Below are positions 1 to 10,419 of a stretch of 64,000 bases of DNA, one piece after another. The notes under the pieces were generated by a model. That model did not search any database and was not told the origin of the DNA. It saw only the letters and a program-made list of their open reading frames with translations. Where the stretch lies: positions 62,001 to 126,000 of the forward strand of contig NIVC01001753.1 in the NCBI GenBank assembly GCA_002269645.1. Reading direction: 5' to 3'. How positions within the stretch are numbered: position 1 is the stretch's first letter; every line of letters begins with the position of its first letter. The translations under genes were made by a program, and so were the position numbers. The DNA comes from Macrostomum lignano (Eukaryota).

Positions 1-2
1 CG

Positions 3-131
3 GTTAATGAAACCCAGAAATCAATACCAGATATTCAACCCCTTGCACCGAGTGCAGATAGTGTCGATCCAGCCATCTACGCAAAGATGAGAGCTGAATA
101 TAAGAAAGGAGGCGGTTTTAAATTTGACTAA
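3..131 (+). CDS. 3' end of a Polinton ORF running in from the left (…AKMRAEYKKGGGFKFD*)
   Basis: Open frame from the window start to TAA at 129-131, ending in a KKGGGF motif. Product unknown. Confidence 0.5.
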   Translation, partial: VNETQKSIPDIQPLAPSADSVDPAIYAKMRAEYKKGGGFKFD

Positions 132-165
132 TTTGGTGCACCCTGACGGTAAAAGAGATGTGAGG

Positions 166-280
166 GTGTAGGACTAGTCGGATGTAGGACTAGTCAAAAA
201 AAGACACACACAACCCGAAAAAAGACACACACATCCCGCAAAGAGACACACACATACACATCCCGAAAAAAGACACACGC
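166..280 (+). repeat. Intergenic short repeats upstream of the ATPase
   Basis: TGTAGGACTAGTC x2, then about 4 copies of AAAAAAGACACACACA(A/T)CCCG. Confidence 0.8.
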
Positions 281-327
281 GTCTTAAATAAACAAGTTTA
301 AAAAGAAAAAGTTTTTTTACATAAAAA

Positions 328-1128
328 ATGGACTTCACAAACGACTTTCATCCCCACTGGACACGCAATCAGATAAAATTTGCTCACAACGAGATAATTC
401 CAGGGCACTTCCGATGCATTGTTGTTGGCTCATCTGGGTCAGGGAAAACCTTCAGAGTTTTTAACATGCTCCTCAGACCTGGATTCCTCGATTATGATAC
501 ACTACATATCTATTCACCCACTCTGTATCAAGATGAGTATAAAATGCTAGTAGCGGGCCTACAGAACAAACTCAACAAGGAAGATATTATTCAATGTTTT
601 AGACATCAAAAAGACCTCAACAGCAACCCGGAAGTTGTAGCCACTGAATACGCAAAGCACATCCCAGACAATGAAAAATGGCAAAACATTAAAGTTTTCA
701 CTTATGGAGATCCACAGATAGATCCTAAAACTAAACTCTTACCTCAACCTGATGAACTAGAAAAGGGGAGAAAGCACCTGATTGTCTTTGATGACTGCAT
801 GACCGGTCCCCAGAAACAGATAGAAAATTATTTCACCCGGGGTAGACACAATAACTGCAATGTTATTTACATTGCCCAAAACTGGTTTGAACTGCCAAAT
901 AAAACAATTAGAGGTAACTGTAATTTGATTCTCCTTTTCCCAACCATACCACAGGATCGACTGAAATGATTTTATAATGAGGTCATTGCCCCAGCTCACA
1001 TTACATATCCAGCTAAGAACTCTAACAGAACAATATCACAGGAGGAATTTGTTAACATATGCTATGAAAAGTGGAATCAACCCTATCAGTTTGTCATGAT
1101 TAATAAGGAGAAAAGAATTTTACTTTAA
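328..1128 (+). pseudogene. Polinton packaging ATPase (A32/FtsK-like) with an in-frame TGA at 967-969
   Basis: Walker A GSSGSGKT, Walker B LIVFDD and the motif FTRGRHNNCNVIYIAQ. The frame continues past the TGA (FYNEVIAP…EEFVNICYEKWNQPYQFVMIN) to a TAA near 1128. Confidence 0.9.
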
Positions 1129-1145
1129 TTTTTTTATTTAAAAAA

Positions 1146-1880
1146 ATGTCAGTAAATTTTGCAGGTGAGTCAACTACAGGCAACAGCACTCTCACAACTT
1201 CCTTCCTTGACAAGCGCTACATTAACACTGATGAGGAGATCCCAGAGATCAAACTGAATAAAAACAGAGTGAAACAATTAGAACGTTCCATGCACCAGTT
1301 GCAAATGAACATGGAAGATCTCAGGCTTAAAGTAGCTAGACAGAAGTTTGACAGTGATAAGCTTTATGTGCCGTTGTTAAACGCAACTAATGAACTAAGG
1401 TCAGAAATAACTTCGGCGGTCTCGCAAATCAACGGCTTGAGATCTACAGTTAATCTTCTGGGAAATTCCACTGATAGACGGATGCGTATTCTTGAAGGAG
1501 GAGTTTTCACAAACACAGCTAAAGTGAATAATTTAGAAGAGTTCATAAACCAGTCAACAGCATTGCATGATAGAATTAGAGAAAACGTCGCAACCAACAC
1601 AGTTAAAGTGAGGAATTTACAAGAGTTCATGAACCAGTCAACATCGTTGCATGATAGAATTAAAGAAAGACTTGATGCATTAGAGAGAAACGATGTATCA
1701 CACAGTAGCTATCTAAACGGAATGTATAGCTCTTGGGGTAAAATAATAAGGAGGCTTAATCGCCTGGAGAGAACACTCAATCTTCGTGATATTGCTATTG
1801 ATGAAGCAGAATCTGCTGCTCGTCCGGTCATTACTGCAGATGAAATTATCAAAAAGAAAACAGACCTTCAAACCGGATAG
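1146..1880 (+). CDS. Polinton coiled-coil protein, function unknown
   Basis: 244-aa intact ORF with heptad-like L/I periodicity, an internal duplicated motif (NTxKVxNLxEFxNQSTxLHDRI) and an A-run before the ATG. Confidence 0.7.
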   Translation: MSVNFAGESTTGNSTLTTSFLDKRYINTDEEIPEIKLNKNRVKQLERSMHQLQMNMEDLRLKVARQKFDSDKLYVPLLNATNELRSEITSAVSQINGLRSTVNLLGNSTDRRMRILEGGVFTNTAKVNNLEEFINQSTALHDRIRENVATNTVKVRNLQEFMNQSTSLHDRIKERLDALERNDVSHSSYLNGMYSSWGKIIRRLNRLERTLNLRDIAIDEAESAARPVITADEIIKKKTDLQTG

Positions 1881-1985
1881 TTTTATATTTTTTTTATTTT
1901 TTCTAGAGAAAAAAATGGCCCAAAAAATTCTCTATACGATCAGTCTCAATACGCTGAACCTAAAATACCGACAGCACCAAACTCG

Positions 1986-2642
1986 ATGGCACCGAATTCG
2001 AACACACAAAGCCTGAATGCACCGAATCTGAATGCACCTCAATATGAGCAACAAAAACTCTACCCCGTCATTTCTTGTAATTCTCAGCAGTTTCGATTGG
2101 TGGAGATTCAAAAAATGCGCGATGATCTTGAAAAAAATATTTTCCACAACACAAAGAAAATTAAGCGCTATAATAGCCACTGTAAATTTTTCGACTACAC
2201 CAATATGATTCTAGGATCTGTGTCTGTTCTAACTGGGTCTGCTGCAGCTGTCTCAGTGTCACCAGCCATCACAGTCCCAATCGCAATTCCACTTGGTTCA
2301 GTAGGTGCTGCATGTGGACTTATTTCAACAATTACTGGAGCATTAGCGCGAAACAGGCGAAAAAAACTAAAGCAGCTACAGGAGAAGCAAGTAAAAGAGA
2401 AAGGGGTACACACTTCAATCATAGGGTACATTTCAAGGGCAATCGAGGATAAGTTCATTTCAGAGGATAAGTTCAAAACCATTCAGGATCTTTATGAACA
2501 AACAATTCGAATGAACTTGAACATGGTCGGTACTGATGACATGAGTCAGCTGAAAAATGAACTCGAGAAAGTTTTTCAACATTATGCGGAAAGAAATTCG
2601 GCAATAAATTCGGCAAGAAGGACGACGAGAAATGCACAATGA
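1986..2642 (+). CDS. Polinton membrane-associated protein with a hydrophobic hairpin
   Basis: 218-aa ORF. Hydrophobic segments ILGSVSVLTGSAAAVSV and IPLGSVGAACGLISTITG are flanked by basic/coiled regions. Confidence 0.7.
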   Translation: MAPNSNTQSLNAPNLNAPQYEQQKLYPVISCNSQQFRLVEIQKMRDDLEKNIFHNTKKIKRYNSHCKFFDYTNMILGSVSVLTGSAAAVSVSPAITVPIAIPLGSVGAACGLISTITGALARNRRKKLKQLQEKQVKEKGVHTSIIGYISRAIEDKFISEDKFKTIQDLYEQTIRMNLNMVGTDDMSQLKNELEKVFQHYAERNSAINSARRTTRNAQ

Positions 2643-2646
2643 ACCC

Positions 2647-3048
2647 TTATGAAACACAGCCAAGAATAATTTCCTTGTAGGTCTTTCGTGTTTTAGTCAT
2701 TGCATACAAAACAGTCATGCACAGCTCACCGCAAATATCACTGCTAAGACCTTGGAGAATAAAGTCTGAGCGATAAATTTTTTTATTCTTTTTTCCCTTC
2801 ATATAATTTCTTAGCTCTTCTGGTACTGCCGTCCCATAGCTATCGAAGTAATAACACTTGTGCTTGCGATCGGGATCAATCACCCAGCAAACCCAATGAG
2901 ATCCTGGCTTATCGGTGGTGTCAAAGTTCATGATGCCGCATTCCTTTCTTAGAGGAAAATCAGGCAGAGTGTCCCTCATAAATATTCCTCTAAAGTTTGG
3001 GATTTCCAGTTCGTTAGCCAAATCTTCAAGAAAGTTATTTGTCGTCAT
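2647..3048 (-). CDS. Adenain-like cysteine protease (C5, Polinton PRO)
   Basis: Motifs GSHWVC (His), YFDSYG (Asp) and Q…DICGELC (Gln, Cys). ORF intact. Confidence 0.92.
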   Translation of the reverse strand: MTTNNFLEDLANELEIPNFRGIFMRDTLPDFPLRKECGIMNFDTTDKPGSHWVCWVIDPDRKHKCYYFDSYGTAVPEELRNYMKGKKNKKIYRSDFILQGLSSDICGELCMTVLYAMTKTRKTYKEIILGCVS

Positions 3049-3112
3049 TTTTATGTCATTTTTTATGAGGTTTATTAAACTTTCTCTTAAACCTAAACCT
3101 AATCTCCACCTC

Positions 3113-6100
3113 CTAAACCCAACCTCCTAAGCCTAATCTCCAATGCCCGAACGGTAGACTGTTGATATTGTCATCAAAAATGAATCTCTTGTTATCTGCA
3201 CCTGACAGTCCAATCTTCTTTTGCTGAATTGTGTGAATAATATGGTTTTTAGGTTGTAGCTTTGAGAACTCATGAGATGTCTTTTTGTTGCAATTCAAGG
3301 CGTCTCTGTATTCAGCTTCATTAATTTCCTTCCTAACCACACGTTTCGGAATTCCCTTTGATTTTTTTATTGGGTCTGACGACTCACATTTTACAAAATA
3401 GGACTTTGCTCTCAACCCAATGAATTCAGTGATTATGTCACCAGCAATCTCGTCCTTCATTTTCCCAATCACTTTCTTGTTAGTAGCGTCAAACACTTGA
3501 TCGCCATTCTGTGTCCTGCAAGATTCATCATACTCAGACAAGTCAAACAAATCTTTTTGCTGCAGCATGTCCTGATAAATGTCTTCTGTTTGAATGTCCA
3601 TAATAAAACTGTCTGTGTCAGTGTACAAGAGTTTCATTTTATCCTTGTACTGCTGCTTCATGCCATACAAGAACTGGTACATCAGACGTTTTGATTCGTC
3701 GAGAACAGTGACACCTGTATAGATCGGCTTGCGCAGCGTCACCTTGGTTTTGTAAAATATGATCACACCCAAGTAGCTATTAAAGATATGGAGTTCTTTG
3801 AATGTTGGCTTTGACATATTTGCCTGAATAACAGCAGGCTCTGATGAGGTAACAAGTTTCAGGTTTGTTCTTTTCCTCTCATTCTCAAGAGTCTTGCCAT
3901 AGACAGAGTTGTTGGCCAACTTAAAGAGGTTCTTGTCAAAGTCGTTGGTTGCTTTGGTCCTAAACTGGGTGTTCTTATCAATGTAGGGTTTCATCCACGC
4001 TTCTCTGTAAATGTAAAGCCCTGTGAACTTTGGTGACCCTGCAACCAAGTGAGATAAAATACTGAAGCAGTTTGTAATGGATTTTGTAACGTGTCTTGTT
4101 GTTTAGATTCTGTTTAGTTTCTCTGTATGTTCTTTTTCTGTTCCTGACAGGTGCCAAGTTCCATAGGGAGTTTCGATTATTTTCGGGCACTTGATGTTCT
4201 CTGGGAAGGGTGGAAAGTCAGAGAAATAGTCGTGAAGCTCTGGTGGAATGTAAACATCAACTTCATAAATGGCAGCCAATGAAAAGTCCCACTTTAGTTC
4301 TGATGAGGGTAGCCATCGAAAATCTCTAACTGGAAGATCTTGACTCATCGCCCACCCGTAGAGATTATTAGCGTCCAAGTAAGTAATGTAGTTTGAGGGC
4401 TGCTCCTTATTGTAAGATTCAATGTAGGGATTGTTTGCTTTTGCATACCTGTTAACGCAAATTGAGATTCCCCCTCGCTTTGACGATTCGACAAAATTGT
4501 ACATGTCAATGTCTGTAAGAAGTTCAATGTACCAATCTGGATCTTGATCCCATTTCATTTTAAGCAAAGATTCCCAGCTAGTGGCAGGCAGAGACACATA
4601 ATGTGCTGGATCGAGGCCATATGCTGTGTACCAGGTGTATCTGAAGGTTTCAAACACATCAGCCAGCAGAAACACATCTGTGAAGAGGTAAAGCAGGTGA
4701 TACTGGAAGAAGTTTTGACAATTAAAGTAATTATAGACATGCTTCGCGTGCTCATAGTCTTTGTCAGAGATTCCAGAGTCTGTTAGCTTTGAAAAGAACT
4801 TCTCCTGTGGTGGTAAACCTTCTTCAAATACGTGATACCCAGTAATATTTTCATAGGGGTAGAAGCCTTTCTTTCTTAAAAGTTTAAATGATTCATCAGT
4901 GTTGTTAATTTTAATTGCATACATCTTTATATATGTACATTGTTCATCTTTTAGATTCTTGCTTAGTTCGTCTAGACTGGCAGCTAGAAATTGATATGAA
5001 TCCTTCAGTCTTATTTTACCTGTACCCGAATTATCCTGTTTAATATCAACACACTTAAACTTCTCCTTGTTCTTTGCGATGCAATCAAGGTGTATGTCTG
5101 GAATCATGCCGATTTTTTCAACTATTAAATGCATGTCATAGTTCTTTGCGTTGTGACAAAATATCGTTAGATCATGAATGTTCGATTTTAGCTTTAGATT
5201 ACAAGTGTTATGCGCTGCGCCTCTAAATTTCCCAGTATAATGACAGTGGTCCCTAACGGTGGGGTTTTTAATATCAGTGCAAGTTAACTGTTTCCTGCAG
5301 ATGTGGCAATGAGTTGCTGATAGGAAATTGCTTTCATCCTCCTCAGTCATCATTATTGGAACAGGTTGAAGGGTGCTAATTACTCTTTGCAACTCTAACA
5401 TTCTGGCAATAAACTGCTCCACACACTGCTCTCCAAAGAAATAATTATACTCAACAAGTCCTTTTGTATTAATAAAGGCATATGCTACTGAATTGGGGAC
5501 ATGTTTTTGAGTTTGAGTTTGTTTTTGAGTTTCTGGCATGATTGAGCATTCGAAATCAGCATATACAACAAATGGGAGCTTCTCCATCTTGTGATAGTTC
5601 TTAAACCGGAGATACTTCTCTTCAGCTGAAGGAAGAGAGCAGTTTGTTGGGTGATCCTCGCATGATAATTCATGCTCTGTTAGTTTTTCAAAGCGTTCAG
5701 GTCCACTGTAATGCTTAAGGCACAAGCGGCAGATGGCAACAGCCTCGTGATGATTATTCAACTGCTTGTGAATGAGTCTTGAAAGATCTTTAATCCAAAC
5801 ATAGTGAGCCTCCTCTAGTAAATTACCAATCACTAGAAGATCCACTTCAGTCCGCCTTTTCCCCTCGGATCTAAAACGTCTTTGCTACATCTGACCGGTT
5901 GAACTTTCTCAGTTTTTTCACTCCACTCAAAGACTGTGATTCTAATTTTGTTATTAAACACTTCTTCTAGCTTTGGGATCTGAGAGATCGCCAAGCCTCC
6001 TTTGTCAAACCTGATTCCCTTCTTTTCGCATTCATGAGATAGTAGTTGAAATAATTTTGATAATTTGAGGTTCTTTCGGGGTGGTGAGGGACACTATCAT

Positions 6101-6410
6101 GAAGAAGTGCAGAAAGAACTGCCCATAGAGCACAGCAATTGTCTTTATTTTTAACATTTATGCAAGCTTTTTTGCCGGCTAGCTTATGCGGGAGCTCTAT
6201 ATAAGAGGAGGCTTTAAGTGGGTCATATTTCATGACCATGACAGTCGCTCTTTGAATCCCTCCCACGACCCATCCGGAACCTCTGGATGTAAACGCTTCA
6301 ATTTTCTTAGTGACATCTTGAAGGAAAGGATCCAGTGTGTCTGTAGGGGTGAATGGCTTTGCCTTTGTTGTCATGTAATACTCGAGATGCTCAGTGGGTT
6401 TTGCAGGCAT
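3113..6410 (-). pseudogene. polB: Protein-primed family B DNA polymerase, frameshifted
   Basis: Motifs VVYADFE (exo), FCHNAKNYD, YLDANNLYGWAM, KLANNSVYGK and YTDTDS. Frame changes near 6025, 5860, 4110 and 4015. The frame stays open upstream to about 6575. Confidence 0.95.
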
Positions 6411-6581
6411 ATAAAACGCAATCTTGAATGATATCTGTAGTTTAAAGGTCTTGCGTGTTTTGAGTGTGTGATCAACAACTGATTGGATGCTGTCTTTATA
6501 GTCGTAGATGTTTGCGGTAGTGCCGTTGGTGTCGTTAACTTGGTTGGTGCCGTTTATTGGGATTGTGTACTCTATTTAATG

Positions 6582-6962
6582 TTATGTAAACTTCCTCTGT
6601 GCAAAATTAATCTCTTCAATGGCAAGCTCCGACTCTTTTAAATGGATTAATTGCTCTAATTTCTCTTGTTCCTGCTTATTTTGTGGGTACTTTGCTTTTT
6701 CACCAGTGAGAGTTTCGTATTTGTTAACTAAGTTGCGACTCCTCTCTTGGTGTTCCTTTGCAGGATTTTTTATAGGCGCATACTGGTTGGATTCTAATTG
6801 ATTGATGATTTCCAACTGTTTTTCATAGCTTCCCAGGTGACCAGGGTCGGTGTTAAACCTTTGTTTACATGATTCTCTTAGTAAATTACTTTTGTCTTGA
6901 AATGAGACGCCTTTTGAAAAATATTTGTTGACTAAATCTTTTGCTGGATTGGCTTTTGGCAT
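6582..6962 (-). CDS. Small ORF, possibly the disrupted N-terminus of pPolB
   Basis: 126 aa with an A-run ATG context. Same frame as the pPolB 5' ORF, separated by two close stops (TAA CAT TAA). Confidence 0.5.
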   Translation of the reverse strand: MPKANPAKDLVNKYFSKGVSFQDKSNLLRESCKQRFNTDPGHLGSYEKQLEIINQLESNQYAPIKNPAKEHQERSRNLVNKYETLTGEKAKYPQNKQEQEKLEQLIHLKESELAIEEINFAQRKFT

Positions 6963-7083
6963 TTTTTCTCTAAAATATAAAAAAATTTGAGGGTGAGCAC
7001 CCTGATAGAAAAGTTGAACTGTTTCTACATCCTATAAGTAGCGTAGGTTTATGAAGCTGGATAAAGTGGGGTTTTAAACCTCA

Positions 7084-7542
7084 TCACATGCGCATTATTG
7101 TAAACCCAGCATTGTGCAGTGTCATGATTGCTTTGACAATGTCAGACTTGCTTATAGAATTTTCATGCTCACAATCATCACGATCGGGGCAGCCCTCAGG
7201 GCAGCCCTCTCCTGCCTTAATTGTTATACCTTTGTCTCTTGCAATCTTTTGCAATTCTAGCTGGTGGGCTCTATCATTACCAGCTTTAACAGCAGTTGCT
7301 ACACCTCCAGCTACACCACCTGCGGCACTTACAGCGCCTGCAATGATTGGGATAAGAGCTGCTAATGGTAGGATTCCTCCTGACTTTTCATCTGTGATGC
7401 TGTGTCTTTGTTCATTACATTGAACTATTTGCTGTGTGGGATCGATTTTTACTTTGGCACCTTTAATTGATATAATACCTGGTTTCTTTGATTCAATGAT
7501 TTTATTGAGTTTATTGATGGTTCTGGTTTCAATCTTTGTCAT
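7084..7542 (-). CDS. Adenovirus pX/mu-like hydrophobic-motif protein
   Basis: SGGILPLAALIPIIAGAVSAAGGVAGGVATAV resembles the remembered adenoviral pX motif GGILPLLIPLIAAAIGAVPGIASVA. Confidence 0.65.
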   Translation of the reverse strand: MTKIETRTINKLNKIIESKKPGIISIKGAKVKIDPTQQIVQCNEQRHSITDEKSGGILPLAALIPIIAGAVSAAGGVAGGVATAVKAGNDRAHQLELQKIARDKGITIKAGEGCPEGCPDRDDCEHENSISKSDIVKAIMTLHNAGFTIMRM

Positions 7543-7558
7543 TTTTTATTTTAATATT

Positions 7559-8554
7559 TTAATTAATTTCTGTGTCAGCTGGTATCACTAGGAGTTCAGC
7601 TCTAGTGAATGACCGCGTGGGGGATTTAGGGTTAAAAGCCTGAGATAAAAAGTAATAGTCACCGGAGTCGGAGGTAAAATGTCTGTCTATTTTATGCACA
7701 TCGAGGCTGAAGTATGGATCTGTAGCTCTTCTTTTGGTGTCTTTCTCTAGCTCTCCAGGTAGATATAAAAAGCGTAGAAACTCAGAGTTTGTCAGTATGT
7801 ATGGTGATTCAACTCCTGGAAGCTTAGGGTAGTTCGAGGTGTCTGTTTTATGAGATGCCTTAAGTTCGACAGTGTCTTGTTTAATTGCATGGGACGGTTT
7901 TAATCCAGTCATGTGTGTGACTTCATTGTTCAGTTGCTCTATGACAGTGGGGAGGCGGTCTGTCCACTTGGTATAGTATTGGCCACTTTTTAGTTTCAGC
8001 TCTTCAGCTGTCTGCTTAGTGAATAGCCTCTTGGCTAGAGTTAGATTGAATCTTTCCACAAAAGCCTGGTCTCTGTGGAGCTCAGTTCTTCCTTAGCGAA
8101 TCTCTGTATTTTTCTTTTCCATAAGGGATTTGACTGCCCCATAGAATTCTTTACCCGGGTCGGTCATAAAGATTTCAGGGTAACTAAGGGGTGAGTTTTT
8201 ATAAATATCTTGGAGGGCGGCTGCAACTGCTTCTGACTTCTTCGTCTTGAGTGGGCGAGCTTCCTTATATCTGGAAGCAATGTCAATAATTGTAAGAGCA
8301 TACTTGTAGCCTGAGTCGTTGGGGAGAAACAAAAGATCTGCTTGGTGCGCTTCATTAGGTTTATAGATGCTAAAGTGAGGTCTTGTAAATTTTACTGGTG
8401 GGAAATAGACTTGAAAGACAGCCTGCTTAGAGAGCCACTTTTCTACTCTAGCTTTTGGTTCCTTACTTAGTTCTGCGAGTTTGGTGACTGCATTTTTTCC
8501 TACAAAGAATCCTTTGTCGCTGTAGTAGAGTTTTTTAAGTTTCTGATCTGTCAT
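7559..8554 (-). pseudogene. Polinton retroviral-like (rve) integrase with a nonsense codon at 8093-8095
   Basis: Motifs HQADLLFL, IIDIASRY, MTDPGKEF and VERFNLTL (D,D,E). The TAA aligns with TAT in copy 2. Confidence 0.92.
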
Positions 8555-8584
8555 TTTTTTTAAAAGAAAATTTAAAATAAAATA

Positions 8585-9085
8585 ATGCAACGCTCTGGTG
8601 GTAAGTTAGATTCACATGGACTGATAGAAAAGCTTCCTCATCCAAACAAAGGCTCGACAGTTCCCGGGTACAAATATTGTGGGCCTTTGAATCCACTTGA
8701 AATTCAGTTGGATAAAGACAATAATCCGAATCCTGGGCACGAGCCTGTGAACGAGCTAGACTCTGTCTGCATGTGGCACGACGTTAAATATAGAGATTTT
8801 CCTGAGGAGAAGAATCGCTGGGACAAAGAAATGCTTAGGAGACTCGACAATATAGGGGCTTCAAGCGGGTGGAGGGAATCGATCGCTCGGAAGCTAGTTA
8901 AAGCTGTTATTTTTGGTAAGACAAAACTGGGGTTGGGGGTCGGCGGCGAGGGTGGGTGCACAGGGAGAGAGGGCTGGTGCACGAGGAGAGAGGGCGGAGG
9001 CTCAGGAGCAGGGTTTATTTTGTGCGCTCCTAACAATGAATTGGGAAGACTGCTGAAAGAGCTGGGGGTAGAGAGAGCAGAATGA
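8585..9085 (+). CDS. Parvovirus VP1-type phospholipase A2 domain protein
   Basis: PGYKYCGPLN (Ca-loop-like), P.NELD.VC.WHDVKY (catalytic HD) and RWDKEM. Confidence 0.85.
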   Translation: MQRSGGKLDSHGLIEKLPHPNKGSTVPGYKYCGPLNPLEIQLDKDNNPNPGHEPVNELDSVCMWHDVKYRDFPEEKNRWDKEMLRRLDNIGASSGWRESIARKLVKAVIFGKTKLGLGVGGEGGCTGREGWCTRREGGGSGAGFILCAPNNELGRLLKELGVERAE

Positions 9086-9214
9086 TTCAAGTGCCTTAAG
9101 TGGTTGGAAAGAAAACCTTGCGCGAAAGCTTGTAAAGGGGATTATATGGGAGTGGGAGAGACGGGATAGGGTGGTCTAATTCCAGCGTATTTATAGCAAC
9201 GAAAAGGGTTTTCC

Positions 9215-9283
9215 TTCTAGAATTCTGCTTCTAGAATATTCTAGAATAAAAAGAGAATCCCACGCCTTCCAAAGCTATAAAAG
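9215..9283 (+). promoter_or_regulatory. Candidate heat-shock element plus TATA box
   Basis: TTCtaGAA at 9215-9222, a perfect TTCtaGAAtaTTCtaGAA at 9229-9246, and TATAAAAG at 9276-9283. Confidence 0.55.
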
Positions 9284-9365
9284 CGAATCATAATCCTCGT
9301 CTGGGGGTTATGCGCTAAATTCACTATCAAGTCTATCGACAACGATTGCCACAATTTTCACAACA

Positions 9366-9545
9366 ATGAGCAACATTGAGAAAACAATCGAGAAATTGAA
9401 GGAGCTGCATGCGAAAAGTGATATTTCGCTTGCGGAGGCGTTAGCGTCTTGGTCGCCGGAGGAGCTGAAGAAGTTTAAGGAGAAACTTGACAAGCTAGAA
9501 GAAGATGGAAAAAACAAGAGTAAAAAACATAAAGGAGACCAATGA
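9366..9545 (+). CDS. 59-aa charged helical ORF (MSNIEKTIEKLKELHAK…), absent from the ORF track
   Basis: ATG at 9366 to TGA at 9543-9545, downstream of the TATA box. Its stop overlaps the next start (ATGA). Confidence 0.55.
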   Translation: MSNIEKTIEKLKELHAKSDISLAEALASWSPEELKKFKEKLDKLEEDGKNKSKKHKGDQ

Positions 9546-9790
9546 ATCGCAATGCCGACAACGAGCAGGAGACATTCCTACGAAATCTCAAACGGAGGCT
9601 CACTGATCTGGCCGCAAAAGGTCTTCGCATTGACGGTGGCCTGCTTAAGACGCTGCTGTCCAGCCTAGGACAAGATCTACGGAATAAATCTAGCGAAGAG
9701 GTCCGCAGTGACCAATTGGGCCGTGGACGTTCGAGACGACCCAGGTGACGAAGTAGATGACCCAGGTGACGAAGTAGATGTCATGGAGTG
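9542..9790 (+). CDS. Small ORF coupled to the previous one, possibly frameshifted into an acidic tail
   Basis: 68-aa ORF. An alternative frame reads VRDDPGDEVDDPGDEVDVME* across a 21-bp tandem duplication. Confidence 0.45.
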
Positions 9791-9951
9791 AGAAGAAGTG
9801 ACTACTACATGGCTGTTGTGTTTCAAATGGTGATTTATATAAATTGATTAGTCGTTAAATAAAATCCCGCTTATAATTATTAAAATAAATAATAACTGAA
9901 TCAACATAATTCGTTTTTTTGTTAATTGGAATCTGACTCGACACGTTTTTT

Positions 9952-10393
9952 ACCTACTACTAGTAGAAGTAATAGTTCAGAGTGAATATCTTTAGCGACA
10001 GAAAATTTCAATTTACGAAGCTTCGTAAACTCTTTAATGAAAAAGCAGAAAATACTAAAATATGTTTTTAACCTACTGCTAGTAGAAGTAGTAGTTTAGA
10101 GTGAATATCTTTAGCGACAGAAAATTTCAATTTACGAAGCTTTGTAAACTCTTTAATAAAAAAGCAGAAAATACTAAAATATGTTTTTAACCTACTGCTA
10201 GTAGAAGTAGTAGTTTAGAGTGAATATCTTTAGCGACAGAAAATTTCAATTTACGAAGCTTCGTAAACTCTTTAATGAAAAAGCAGAAAATACTAAAATA
10301 TGTTTTTAACCTACTGCTAGTAGAAGTACGAGCGTAGTAGTTTAGAGTGAATATCTTTAGCGACAGAAAATTTCAATTTACGAAGCTTCGTAA
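9952..10393. repeat. 119-bp tandem repeat (about 3.7 copies) carrying an 18-bp palindrome
   Basis: Units start at 9952, 10071, 10190 and 10309. Each contains TTTACGAAGCTTCGTAAA or a near-perfect variant. Confidence 0.92.
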
Positions 10394-10419
10394 GCATATA
10401 AAAGACAATCAAGATTCAA

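Noticed and set aside
1986-2642. Gasdermin-like pore-former label
   Set aside because: Only a hydrophobic hairpin is visible. Homology cannot be supported without a profile or structure search.
3113-8554. Programmed frameshifting or readthrough in pPolB, ATPase and integrase
   Set aside because: Breaks are numerous and differ between paralogs (the TAA in copy 1 is TAT in copy 2). Decay or assembly error is simpler; raw reads are needed to separate the two.
9952-10393. CRISPR-like array (also considered for 24081-24310 and the 168-bp repeats)
   Set aside because: The units are full tandem repeats with no unique spacers, there are no cas genes, and the context is eukaryotic.
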